Below are positions 1 through 21,676 of a stretch of 64,000 nucleotides of DNA, in pieces (positions within the stretch are counted from its first letter, which is position 1; each line of letters starts with the position of its first letter). A program made the translations under genes and the position numbers. Source of the DNA: the human T2T-CHM13v2.0 reference genome, Homo sapiens; the NCBI RefSeq assembly GCF_009914755.1, contig NC_060946.1. The stretch is one strand, 5' to 3'. The notes below the pieces were generated by a model. That model made no database searches. It had not been told where the DNA came from and saw only the letters and a program-made list of their open reading frames with translations.

Positions 1-244
1 TTATGCCAGTGTGAACCCAGAACATGGAACAACCACCACCATAGGAGATGCTCAAAAAAATTTGTGAATGAATGCAAATCTGTTGGGAGTTTCAAGACTT
101 CTAAGGAATACAAGGTATCCCAGGTACTTTTTAGGGTTTAACAATCTGTAAACAATCCCCATAGCAGCTTCTCCATATAACACAAGATATCATAAATCTT
201 AAGTATACATAGGTGTACCAAAACGAATTAAGAAAGCACTACTG

Positions 245-420
245 GGTGGGGAGCTAGGGGAGGGATAGCATTAGGAGAAATACCTAATGTAGATGATGGG
301 TTGATGGGTGCAGCAAACCACCATGGCACGCGTATCACTATGTAACAAACCTGTGCACATTCTGCACATGTATCTCAGAACTTAAAGTATAATGAAACAA
401 AAAAAAGAAAGAAAAGAAAA
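245..420 (+). mobile_element. 5'-truncated L1 (L1PA-type) 3' end with A-rich tail
   Basis: Primate L1 3'UTR text (ggagggatagcattaggagaaatacctaatgtagatga...gcagcaaaccaccatggcac...cagaacttaaagtataat) plus A tail; flanked by TSD aagaaa(g/a)cactactg at 230-244 and 414-428. Confidence 0.9.
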
Positions 421-427
421 CACTACT

Positions 428-2620
<2,193 letters not shown>

Positions 2621-3016
2621 CTAGCTTTTCCTATGGAAGCCTTAGTCTTCAATATATTATGACAAGGAGGGAAGAAAGGGAACAAGAGGGAGAGAATTAG
2701 CACTGTGGCCACTAAGAGTATATGGAGGGCATTTTACTTTTCCACTGCATCAAGCTTTTCCTATATTGAAAGAAGCAGAAGAAGCAGTGAACAGAAGAAG
2801 CAGTGAAAAAGGTTTAAAAAAACCCTTTGGTTCTGTAAGAATATTGTATGATTTCTTAAACTTCTCCATAGATACTAATTTTGTCATCTCTATTTACCCT
2901 TTGGCATTAGCAGAACCACAAAATGAAGAAGAAATACCCACTCGTCTTAGTGCATATTAGGTTAAGAATAAAATGAAAAGACACTTTCAAGGAAATGGAA
3001 ACATCCAACGAAAAAC

Positions 3017-6277
<3,261 letters not shown>

Positions 6278-6346
6278 CTAGGCGGGCTCCAGCCCACTCC
6301 CCGGGACTGCCGCCGCGGCTTCGTAAGACCCAACCAAGCCCCTCAC

Positions 6347-6379
6347 CTGCTTTTGCACGTCAGCATCGCTGAGAGCCAT
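6347..6379 (-). CDS. ATP6V1E1: V-type proton ATPase subunit E1, coding part of exon 1 (MALSDADVQKQ)
   Basis: Reverse complement reads gccATGGCTCTCAGCGATGCTGACGTGCAAAAGCAG|gtgagg: strong Kozak context, 11 codons matching the known ATP6V1E1 N-terminus, canonical phase-0 donor. Exon 2 is not in the window. Confidence 0.97.
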
Positions 6380-6599
6380 GGCGAGAGCAATGCTAGGCCG
6401 GTGAACAGTAGGCTCGAGTTTAGGTTTGAAAGGTGAGGTGAGAGAAATCGGCAAAGGGAACCCCTGCGCAGATCTCGGGTTCCTTTACTTTATAACCGCG
6501 GGTTCCGGTTCCTGCCAGGTGACTGCACAGTTCATCCTCATGACCCTTCTCAGCCAATGGGAAGAGAGCGACGCCCAGGAAGTCCCGCCCTGTCCCGGC

Positions 6600-6650
6600 C
6601 TGTGGGCGCGTCCTCGGGTCCTTCTACGTCGCTGACTCGTGACCTGACCG
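6600..6650 (+). other. BCL2L13: Candidate upstream non-coding first exon of BCL2L13 from the shared promoter
   Basis: Plus-strand donor-like CCG|gtattt at 6650/6651, just downstream of the CCAAT/ETS/GC cluster. Consistent with my unverified recollection that some BCL2L13 transcripts start next to ATP6V1E1. The start coordinate is a guess. Confidence 0.45.
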
Positions 6651-6964
6651 GTATTTTTTTCCTAAACTGGGATCTTGGGTAGGAGGAAGAAAAGATAAGG
6701 AGTTCCTCTATCTGAAATTAGTCGGGCTGTTTTGAGGAGTACTGGTTAGGTATATTGGAGAATGTGCCTTTATTGGAATTTTTCGCATAATTACACAGGG
6801 TTATGGGCTTAGGGGTACATGATTGTTGGCCGGGCGTGGTGGCTCACGCCTGCAATCCGGAGACTTTGGGAGACCAAGGCGGGTGTATCGCTTGACCTCA
6901 AGTTCGAGACCAGGCTGGACAACATAGAGGAACCCCGTCTCTACCAAAAGAAAAAAAAAAGGGG

Positions 6965-7200
6965 GATACATGATTTCTGACTATTCATGTCAACCTTGAT
7001 TACCTGAATAAAGTGTAGGGTTTGTAGGTTTCTCCACTCTGAAGTTACCTTTTTTAACCCCCTTTCCATACTGTAGTCTTAGGAAGGAAGCCACTATACA
7101 AAGCCCACACCTAGGGAGTGGGAAGCTATGCTCAACTTCCTTATTAGGGTGGAGCAGCTACATAATTTATTTGGAACTTTTCTGAGATAGCCTATATATT
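6965..7200 (-). mobile_element. Old L1 (L1MC-like) 3' fragment
   Basis: Resembles the L1MC 3' region (aggtttctccact...aagttac...tttccatactgt...ggaaggaagccacta...agcccacac...ggagtggg); subfamily uncertain. Confidence 0.55.
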
Positions 7201-7559
7201 TTTCAAAAGCCTTCCCAGGTCCCATTTAGAGGAATATTAGGACAGAAATCCCCCCAGGCTCATTTGTTTTTATTTGGATTTACCTCAAGCCCGTTTTTTT
7301 CCCCAAAATCCCAAAGGCAAAAACTTTTGAAAATTCCTTTATCTTTAGGATAGACTGACTCCTAATAGTAGAATAAGAGGTCAAATGGTACACCCACTTT
7401 TTTCTTTTTACTGTGCTATGGTTACCCACCATTTTTATTAGCTTTTTATCTTGAAGAAATTTGAGATATAGTAACTTGTAAGAATACTGCATTGACCTCC
7501 CTTCACCTAGATTCAACAATTGTTAACATTTTGCTACATGTACATTAACACTTTATTTT

Positions 7560-7562
<3 letters not shown>

Positions 7563-7592
<30 letters not shown>
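7563..7592 (+). repeat. (AC)15 microsatellite
   Basis: Direct read of the acacac... run. Confidence 0.97.
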
Positions 7593-7594
<2 letters not shown>

Positions 7595-8024
7595 CCTATT
7601 TTAGTGTGTCATAAGAACGAGGATGTAGCAAATTCAGGAAATTTAGTTTACTAGGCTGAACATTAATTTCCTTTGTCCCGGGCCAGGCGCGGTGTCTCAC
7701 GCCTGTAATCCCACCACTTTGGGAGGCTGAGGTGGGCAGATCACCTGAGGTCGGGATTTCGAGACCAGCCTGACCAACATGGAGAAACCCCAGTCTCTAC
7801 TAAAAATACAAAATTAACAGGCGTGGTGGTGTGTGCCTGTAATCCCAGCCACTGGAGAGGCTGAGGCAGGAGAATTGCTTCAACCCAGGAGCAGAGGTTG
7901 CGGTGAGCCAAGATCGTGCCACTGCACTCCAGCCTGGGCAATAAGAGTGAGACTCCGTCTCAAAAAAACAAAAAAAAAAAAAACAAATTCCTTTGTCCCA
8001 TCAATCCATCAATGTACTTTATAA

Positions 8025-8258
<234 letters not shown>

Positions 8259-8305
8259 TGATCCACCTGCCTCGGCCTCCGAGAGTGCTGGGATTACAGG
8301 TGTGA

Positions 8306-8635
<330 letters not shown>

Positions 8636-8837
8636 TAACCTTTTTTTAATAACCTTACTTTTTAACCTTTTATAACCTTCTTATAACCTTACTTTATAAC
8701 CTTTATAACCTGGATTGGATCCAGGGTCACTTACTGCATTAGTGATCATGTCTTTTTAGTCTCCTTTAATATGGAAGAGTTTCCTCAGACTTATCTTTCT
8801 TGATAGTGACATTTTGAAGAATATAGGCCAGTTGTAG

Positions 8838-9077
<240 letters not shown>

Positions 9078-9380
9078 TGATCTGCCTGCCTTGGCATCCC
9101 AAAGTGCTGGGATGACAGGTGTGAGCCACCACGCCCAGCCTCAATTGGGTTTTGACAGTTTCCTCATAATTAGATTCAGGTTACGCATTATAGCAGGAGT
9201 ACTACATGTGTGATATTGTGTCCTCTTTGCAACACATCAGAAAGTACATGATGTCCGTTTGTCCCTTTTTTTCAATTTTATTTTTAAAATTGAGACAGAG
9301 TCCTACAGTGTTTGTCAGGCTAGTCTCGAACTCCTGGGCTCAGGGGATCCTCCCACCTCAGCTCTTTGTCCTTTTAGTAG

Positions 9381-9715
<335 letters not shown>

Positions 9716-9800
9716 TGATCTGCCCGCCTTGGCATCCCAAAGTCTTGGGATTACAGGCGTGAGCCACGGCGCCTGGCCGGTACACATATTTTGAAGGCTG

Positions 9801-10109
9801 TTAATACATGCTGCCATTTTTTCCCCATTTGTACTAGTGTACAATGTTCCTTGTACTGTATGACAGATTGGTATACATATTTGGTATACATATTTGAGAA
9901 TACTGATAATGCTGGATAAAGGAAAGATTTACCCACAGGACAATAAACGTTGCCATTTATTAATATATTTATTAATACATGCTGCCATTTTTTCCATTTG
10001 TACTAGTGCACAGTGTTCCTTGTAGGACAGATTGGTGTACATATTGGTATATATATTTGAGAGTACTGATAATGCTGGATAAAGGAAGGATTTAGTCACA
10101 GAACAATAA
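9801..10109 (+). repeat. Direct duplication of a ~146-bp non-Alu unit (copies start at 9801 and 9972)
   Basis: Both copies read ttaatacatgctgccatttttt...catttgtactagtg...gacagattggt...tactgataatgctggataaaggaa...gattta...caca...acaataa. Confidence 0.93.
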
Positions 10110-10444
10110 CACAGGGCAAGAGAAACTGATGCAATTGACCTTAACTTGATCACTATTGAGCTAAACTAGATTGGATTATTTGTCTAATTTTGTTCATCTT
10201 TTGCATTAATAGCCTCATTCTTCATTGTCCTAAAAAACAGATTGCAGGAGTATGGAATATGCTAGAGGACTATTCTACCCTCTAGCATCCCTAGGTCAGG
10301 TTGAGGTGGAATTAACACATTTTGATTACAATCTCTCCTGTATTTTTACAGTGTTCTGCAAATGACAGGATTTGGGGAGTAGAAACAGCAGTCTAATTCT
10401 ACATGTCAAATTGTTTCTGAAATTAATATCTGGAATGGATGTAG

Positions 10445-10807
<363 letters not shown>

Positions 10808-11668
10808 TGACCACGATTTACTTATTTTTATTTTGAGACATTAGAAAATACAAAAAAGTACAAAGAATAATTTATTCCCATACCATGCACCACTACCCAA
10901 AATTAACAATTAACATTTGTCACATTTACTTCAAGACTTCACTTGAAAAACAAATCGTAGGTATAGTTACTATCCCCTTTTGCAGCACCCACTTCTCCCC
11001 CATGTTAGTTTCTCTTTAAAACTCAATTTTCTTCAGTTTTGCTGATTCACCAAGGAACAGGCCAGGTCCTGTCTGAAAAGAATGTAAGCTTTACAGAGAT
11101 AACCTCTGAAGGGAAAAAGTTGTTATGAATACATGCAAAGATGAGCCAGTTGGTAGTTTTCCAAATGTAATTTTCTCCTACATTCTTAGGCCTTGTGGAG
11201 ACACTTTAAAACATATTTTCAGACAAGTTTCAAAAAACTCCCTCCTAGATAAGCCTATTTGTGGCTTCACCAAAGTCACTGGCCTAGATTCCTGTCAGGT
11301 TAGTCAGAAAGGGACGGTTCATGTGCTCTCACCTACTCCCAGGCAGGTTTACTAGATACTGAATCAGCAGGATAAATAAGCTAACTCTGGAGTTTGCTCA
11401 GGAGGACAAAGCGCGAAAGACTAGAAGTAAATGTAAATCATCTGTCTTTAAATGTTGAGCAAATAATTTGAAAAGGAAAAAACAAAGTGTAGCCAAAAAA
11501 TAGTAACTCTAACTTAGGTGTCTGCACTTTTTGCCTCTTTCCAGCCAAATTTCTATGCTACAGTGATTTAAAACCTAGATGGCAGATGGCATCAAGTCAC
11601 TCCCCAATTTACAACTCTGTCATGGCTTCTGCTTGCTCCTGAAGCCTTCCGCTGGCTCTAGTAGATGA

Positions 11669-12149
<481 letters not shown>

Positions 12150-12391
12150 TAGCCAGGCTGGTCTGGAACTTCTGACCTTATGATCCACCTGCCTCAGGCT
12201 CCCAAAGTGTTGGGACTACAGGCGTGAGCCATCGCACCCAGCCCATGCCATCATCTTAAATTATTTTTACTTTTTTCTGTTTCAATGTTTTTCTTTTCTG
12301 GTTTTCCAACTAAGATGTTAGCTTCACAAGAGGGACCGCGTCTGATGTACTCATCATTGCTTTTGCTAGCACCCAGCACCCTGCCTGGTTA

Positions 12392-12535
<144 letters not shown>

Positions 12536-13371
12536 CTACAAAAAAAAATTAAATAAATTAGCCAGGCTTTCTGGTGCATGCCTGTAGTCCTTGCTACTTG
12601 GGAGGATGAGGCCAGAGGATTGCTTGAGCCTGGGAAGTCAAGGCTAGAGTAAGTCATGATCACATCACTGTACTCTAGCCTGGGTAACAGAGTGGAAGTG
12701 GAGACTCTGTCTCAAAAGGAAAAAAAAAAAAAAAGCAACAAACAACTGATGAATGCAAATGAATAAAATGAGTAGAGTCTAGTTTAGAGTCGATAACCAC
12801 ATTAGCCTGTAGGCTAGAGATCTGTAGCGCCTATTAAAATCTGTCCAAAACTCCCCCGAAAACTGACCAGGTGCAGTGGCTCATGCCTATAATCCCAGCA
12901 CTTCAGGAGGCCAAGGCAGGTGGATCACTTGAGGCCACAAGTTCAAGACCAGCCTGGACAACACAGCAAGACGCTATCTCTACAAAAAAAAAACTAAAAA
13001 ATTAAATAAAAAAGGGCCGGGTGTGGTAGCTCACACCTGTAATCCCAGCACTTTGGGAGACTCAGGCGGGCGGATCACAAGGTCAGGAGTTTGAGACCAG
13101 CCTAGCCAACATGGTGAAACCCCATCTCTACTAAAACAAAAGCAAATTAAATAAAAAAACTCCAAATACCATAAACTGCTGTGATTAAAGTCAAATGATT
13201 TCTATAAAAGGGCTATATTATTTTATGCAATTTGCTGAAAAGACAATCTCTTTCCTCATTGAAATGCCTTAGCACTTCTGTTGAAAATTAGTTAACAATT
13301 CTAGGTTTTCTGTTCTGTTCCATTGACCTGTATGTCTAGTCTCAAAATATATATTCAAAAAATAAAATTAA

Positions 13372-13703
<332 letters not shown>

Positions 13704-14963
13704 TGATCCGTCCCCCTTGGCCTCCCAAAGTGCTGGGATTATAGGCGTGAACCACCACGCCCGGCCTACAAAAACATCTTTTAAAAAGTAGCCATGTGTG
13801 GCCTGGGGCGGTGGCTCACGCCTGTAATCCCACCACTTTGGGAGTCTGAGGTGGGTGGATCACTTGGGGTCAGGAGTTCGAGAGCAGCCTGGCCAACACA
13901 CTGAAACCCCGTCTCTACTAAAAATACAAAATGTAGCCAGGCATAGTGGTGCACACCTGTAGTCCCAGCTACTTTGGAGGCTGAGGCAGGAGAATCACTT
14001 GAGCCCAGGAGGCTGAGGTTGCAGTGAGCCAAGATCTGCCACTGCACTCCAGCCCAGGCAACAGAGGGAGACTCCGTCTCAAAAAAAAGAAAAAAAAAAA
14101 AAAAAGCTACATGTGGTGGCACAAGCCTGTGGTCCTTGATACTTGGGAGGCTGAGGTGGAACAATTGTGAGCCCAGGAGGTCCATGATGCAGTGAGGTAT
14201 GATTGTACCACTGCACTCCAGGCTGGGTAACAGAAGCGACACCTTGTCTCTAAAAAAATAAATAAGACCAGGCATGGTGGCTCACGACTGTAATCCCAGC
14301 ACTTTGGGAGGCCGAGAGGGGTGATCACCCAAGGCCAAGAGTTGGAGACCAGCCTGGCCAACATGGCGAAACCCTATCTCTACTAAGAATACAAAAAAAA
14401 AATATTAGCCAGGTGTGGTGGTGGGTGCCTGTAATCCCAGCTACTCAGGAGGCTGAAGCAGGAGAATCGCTTGAACCCAGGAGGTGAGGTTCAGTGAGCT
14501 GAGATCGCGCCATTGCACTACAGCCTGGGTGACAGAGCAAGACTCTGTCTCGAGAAAATAATAATAAAAAATAAATAAATAAATAAAGGAAAAGACTGAG
14601 AGCAATGTGAAAGAAATGAACTTAAGTATGTACCAAATTGGTAACATAAGTACCTCCCAAAATAAATTATTGCATGTTACATTTTTGAAAGTTTTTTTAG
14701 GTAAAGTGTACATACAGTGAACTGCACAGACCTTAAAAGTAAAATTAGGGCCGGGCGCGGTGGCGCACCCCTGTAATCCCAGCACTTTGGGAGGCTGAGG
14801 CAGGCGGATCTCTTGAGGTCAGGAGTAGGAGACTAGCCTGGCCAACATGGTGAGACCCCGTCTCTATTAAAAATTTTTAAAAAGCCAGGCACGGTGGCTC
14901 ACGTCTGTAATCCCAGCACTTTGGGAGGCCAAGGCGAGTGGATCACCTGAAGTCAGGAGTTCA

Positions 14964-15280
<317 letters not shown>

Positions 15281-15283
15281 TGA

Positions 15284-15460
<177 letters not shown>

Positions 15461-16451
15461 TAAGCCTTTCCTTTGCAAAACTTTATGTCCCTATTAATGG
15501 CACCATCCTTTCCTCAGTCACTCGGGCTTAAAAAGCATCCTGTGGCACCAGCCCCACAATAGCAGTTCAACTCTTTTATCACTTCCTTTAGAATAGCCTT
15601 GTTGAGATATAGATCTCATAACATAGAATTCACCTATAGTGTACAATTCAGTAGTTTTCAGTATTTCAAAGAGTCGTGCCACCATCACCCCAAAAAGAAA
15701 CTCTGTATCCACTGGCAGTCACTCCCCATCAGGATTTTATCACTTCTGATCTGGCTCAGTCTTCTAACTCCTTATTGTCAATGCCCTCCTTGTTCCAATT
15801 CAGTACACACACCACGGGCAATTTGATCTCCCTAAAACACACTGTATCCTCTCTCCTAGATACCTTCCGATACTCCTCCAAAGAACTCTCGGATTCAAGT
15901 AAACAAACATCCATTAATACAAGTTAAGTATGTTCCAGGCGCTGTGTGTTCCAGGTACTGTTAACAAAAGCGGGTTACTAGTTAAGACTTCCTTCATGCC
16001 CTGGCGCCTCTGCTCAGCCAGTTCCCTTCGCCTAGGAGGACCTCTCTACACCACCCCGCTATATTCCCTCCCCGGAATTCCTTCCCAACCTTCAAGGACC
16101 ATCTGCCCCAACTAGTGGCGAACATCGAGGCTGTCGTGACTGTGTAGATACTTATTTGACCTGCTCCCTTGGCAAACACTTGAAACGCAATACATGTTTG
16201 TGGAACTGAACATAGCCTGTGCATGCAGCAAGGCTTCTTTCCCTGGAATCGCCTGCCCTTCCTCCAACACAGCGACCAGCCGGTCAGAATCCCAACCCCT
16301 CGACTCCGGAAATGATCTGAGAGACGGAACTTCCGAACGTCGCAATCAGATTTGGGCGGGCTAGGAGGGTTTGGGTCTTCAGGTCACATCTGGACGGAGA
16401 GACCTCCGGGGCCTCCGTTGGTCGGTCCTTCCGCTCCGGATACCGTTCCGG

Positions 16452-16644
16452 ATGTCAGGTAGTTCAGGTCCCGCCCCGACGCCGGCCGTGACGAAGGCAC
16501 GCCGGGGTGACCTCACCCTCCAACATGGCGGCGGCGGTAGATTAGGGCCGCGGGTCGGAGCACTCACCGCCGCTGGGGGACCCTGTCGGAAGCAACTGCC
16601 GCCGCCGCCTCTTTCATCTCTTCTGGGGCAGGGGCCAGGGCCAG
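16452..16644 (+). CDS. BCL2L13: BCL2L13 exon 1 (donor at 16644). 5'UTR for the canonical isoform; ORF MSGSSGPAPT...GQGPGP that can supply an alternative N-terminus
   Basis: Strong donor CCAG|gtgagg at 16644/16645. ATG 16452 opens 193 nt (64 codons + 1), the same phase (1) as the exon-3 acceptor. The exon is well supported; coding use is less certain and needs a TSS upstream of 16452. Confidence 0.6.
16525..16545 (+). other. Upstream ORF MAAAVD* in the BCL2L13 5'UTR
   Basis: aacATGGCGGCGGCGGTAGATTAG: A at -3 and G at +4, stop after 6 codons. Confidence 0.7.
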
Positions 16645-17575
16645 GTGAGGGGAGTGGGGTTCCGGGAAGGCTGAGCTGGGTGAGGAGGTGGTTTTCACCT
16701 GGGTAGGAAAGTGCCCAGAGACCGTATCGAGCCACCGACTCCCCAGTGGTTCCGACGACGCGTGAGTTTGAGTGTGTGTGTCTACACCGGCGCTCCTTCG
16801 CCCGAAGGTGCTCGGAGCTTAGGGGTCCGCTTCACCGTGACCGGACCTGGCCGCGCGGCCCCGCCGCTGAGCAGGCTTCTTCCGGCGTGGGGTGCCGGAG
16901 GCGGAGGAGCTCGGCCCTGGCTCCACGCCGCTGTCCTTCCCCACAGACAGCTTCACGTGGAAAACCCGGGTCCATTTTTAGGGCTAAACTGGGGAACGGC
17001 GACTTCTTTTTGGTTGAGGGAAAGGTTTTCCTGCGATTCACTTAGAACACTGGAAGATTAGCTTTGCCAGTCTTAGTCGTTTCTTCTCAGAGATTGTTAG
17101 AAGTCTTGTTTCTTAACCTTAATTCACTGCTGTTCTGACACCTATTTTTTCAGAAAAAAACTGCCTTCTTGCCCTTGGAGGCAGTACAGTTCACACGGAG
17201 TCATTTTCCCCCTTTGATTTATCCTCCCAACATTCTGTAAAGATCCTATTTCTTGCCTTCATAACCGACTTTCTGAGTGGAGGCTCTAACCTAGCGTTGA
17301 AAATCGGACGGATCTGGCCAGTTGTTCACATGCTGTTGACTGCTGGCTTTGGTTAGCTCTTAGCCACTCCCTGCACAAGTGTTTGTTTATTCAAAATAGC
17401 TATCTCACTGTCTCTGTTTAGAAGTTTGAACTAAGCTGAGAGCCCTCCCTCCTTACTTTTATTTTTTTGTTGTTGTTGCGTAAAACAAAACAAAAACTTC
17501 TTTGGCGAAATTATAAGATTTCCTCTGGAGGTTTAGTATAAAGCAGAATGTTGCTCTCTGCCCTGACTAGTGTGA

Positions 17576-17909
<334 letters not shown>

Positions 17910-18604
17910 TGATACCTTTTTTTCAACCACCCCCGCGCCACCGCATGAAGTATTATTTTCATTTTTAACACCCTCTCTCCCCCAAGTGAAGTATTCTTCA
18001 TTTGGTAATAGGCAGTTAAGGGTATTGAAAATCTTTTTACTAGGAATGGTCAGGTACTGTTCTGTATTTTTTTTCCAATGGCTCATTTTTTATGTGGAAG
18101 AGTATATTCAGTAGTTGGATTCACTTTTTATTTTATTTTTAGTTGTCTCCTACAGCAAGGACCAGTAGTTGAATTCAATTGAAAGATGCCTAAGGCTATA
18201 TCTAACCAGTCTTGTAAAAAAACAGACTTGTGTTTACTAGCACATAATCTAATCAACATGTATTAAATATCACACACATTAAGCTTTTAGGACAAGTGGT
18301 TTGCAACAGTAATAATCATTAACAACATTTCATTTGGCTGTTTGCGATGGCTCACTGTAATCCCAGCACTTTGGGAGGCTCAGGCAGGAGCATTGCTTGA
18401 GCCCGGGAGTTCGAGACCAGCCTGGGCAACATAAGGAGACCTTGTCTTCACAAAAAATTAAAAAAAAAAAAAATTAGCCAGGCATAGGTCCCAGCTACTT
18501 GGAAGACTGAGGCGAGAGGGAGGACTGCTTGAGCCCGGGAGATCAAGGCTGCTGTGAGCTGTGATTGCTCCACTGTACTTCAGTCTGGATGACAGAGACC
18601 CTGA

Positions 18605-18853
<249 letters not shown>

Positions 18854-19311
18854 TAGCCAGGATGGTCTCGATCTCCTGACCTCGCGATCTGCCCGCCTCG
18901 GCCTCCCAAAGTGCTGGGATTACAGGCATGAGCCACTGCGCCCGGCCTAAATAGATATGTATTTTATTGTGAAATACTTCAGGCATACAAAACACAAGTG
19001 TTAAACATTCACTTAGTTCCAGTCTGCATTTATCATTTTTTAGACAGGATTTTGATTTGTATCTTATTCCAAATAAATGTTCACCAAGAGTTCTTGTTTA
19101 ATATATATACAAAGTGGGGGTGGGTGGTATTTTCAGATTGGTTTATTTTTTTTTCTTGTTCTTCCTCAGACGGTAATGTGCCAATAAGCCCATGAGGCAA
19201 CATGATTTGAGGGAGGCACATGTCATGCATTAGCATGAAACCCAGTCATCTTGGTTCTTTATGAACCGCAAAAGGATTGGAGTAGCTGATTTTTTTTAAC
19301 AACTTTATTGA

Positions 19312-19737
<426 letters not shown>

Positions 19738-20126
19738 TAGTAAAGACGGGGTTTCACTGTGTTAGCCAGGATGGTCTCCATCTCCTGACCTTATTATCTG
19801 CCCATGTCGGCCTCCCAAAGTGCTGGGATTACAGGTGTGTGCCACCGCGCCTGACCAATATGTGGTCTTTTGTGTCTGGCTTCTCTCTTTTTTTTTTTTT
19901 TTTTTTTGAGACGGAGTCTCACTGTCGCCAGGCTGGAGTGCAGTGGCATGATCCCACTGCAACCTCGGACTCCCAGGTTGAACCTAACTCAGTCCCAAAG
20001 TAGACTGAGACTGTAACTCAGTCTCAGTAACTGTAACTCAGAGTAGCTGGGATTACAGGTGCGTGCCACCACACCCAGCTAATTTTTGTATTTTTAGTAG
20101 AGACGGGGTTTTGCCATGTTGGCTAG

Positions 20127-20345
<219 letters not shown>

Positions 20346-20369
20346 TGATGGGCATTTTTTTTTTTTTGA

Positions 20370-20666
<297 letters not shown>

Positions 20667-21577
20667 TGAGCATTCATGTGCAAATTTTTGTGCAGATGCG
20701 TTTTCATTTTTCTCTGGTATATATCTGGAAGTGGAACAGAGTAACTGAATTTTATGTCCTCCATTTACACAAGCCATATACAGGAAGCCTAATTATTGTG
20801 AAAGTCAGATTATCTAGGACGGGATGAAAGTAAGGCAGTTCTCTGAATTATCTGCAAATGCCAACTGCTGAGTGAAAATATTTTTGGGTAGCTCTAACAC
20901 AAGATTGAACAATTAGGCCTGTTTTAATTGGAAAGGGGGTAGTGTCTACACTAGAGTTTTAGTGTCTGCTGAGTTTTAAAAATGATACTTGTCCAGTTGC
21001 ATTTTTCAGACGGGTGGGGTGAATTTTTTACCATTTGATAATTTTTTTTTTTGAGATGCAGTTTCACTCTTGTGAGGTCTTCACTCCCGACCTCAGGTGA
21101 TCCGCCCGCCTTAGCCTCCCAAAGTGCTGGGATTACAGGTGTGAGCCACCGCGCCCGGCCATTTCATAATTTTTATTAGAATTATTTTACTCTCTTTCAG
21201 AGAAAGTCTTACAATTCAATAGGAGCTGGCAAAGCATGGATTAGAAAATAGCTTTGGACTCCATGTTAACTTGTGGAACTTAAAAAAAATTCCCTGTTCA
21301 AGCCACCAGTGAGTCATGAGACTAAAGAGCTGATAGCCAAGAAACTTAATGTTTTGTTGTTGTTGTTTGCTTTTTTATTTTTATTTTATTTATTTATTTT
21401 TTGAGATGGAGTCTCACTCTGTCGCCCAGACTGGAGTGCAGTGGTGCGATCTCGGCTCACTGCACGCCCCGCCTCCTGGGTTCATGCCAGGAGGTGTGTA
21501 GCTGGGACTACAGGCACTCGCCACCATGCCCGGCTAATTTTTTGTATTTTTAGTAGAGATGGGGTTTCACCGTGTTA

Positions 21578-21676
<99 letters not shown>

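Larger units (their letters stand above)
16250..17040 (+). promoter_or_regulatory. BCL2L13: BCL2L13 main CpG-island promoter
   Basis: High CpG/GC content; several ETS cores (ccggaa, ttccg, cggaag); GC boxes gggcggg (~16354) and ccgccc (~16471); YY1-like caacatggcggc 16521-16532. Confidence 0.88.

Noticed and set aside
2776-2807. Short direct repeats (cagaagaagcagtgaa x2; similar ones near 26655 and 54609)
   Set aside because: Ordinary slippage duplications with no further structure.
6426-6635. 69-aa plus-strand ORF across the ATP6V1E1 promoter
   Set aside because: Non-ATG start, no recognisable homology; open frames are expected in GC-rich DNA.
9801-10109. 171-bp period suggesting alpha satellite or a CRISPR-like array
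   Set aside because: Only two copies, no alphoid similarity or CENP-B box, no repeat-spacer structure; eukaryotic locus.
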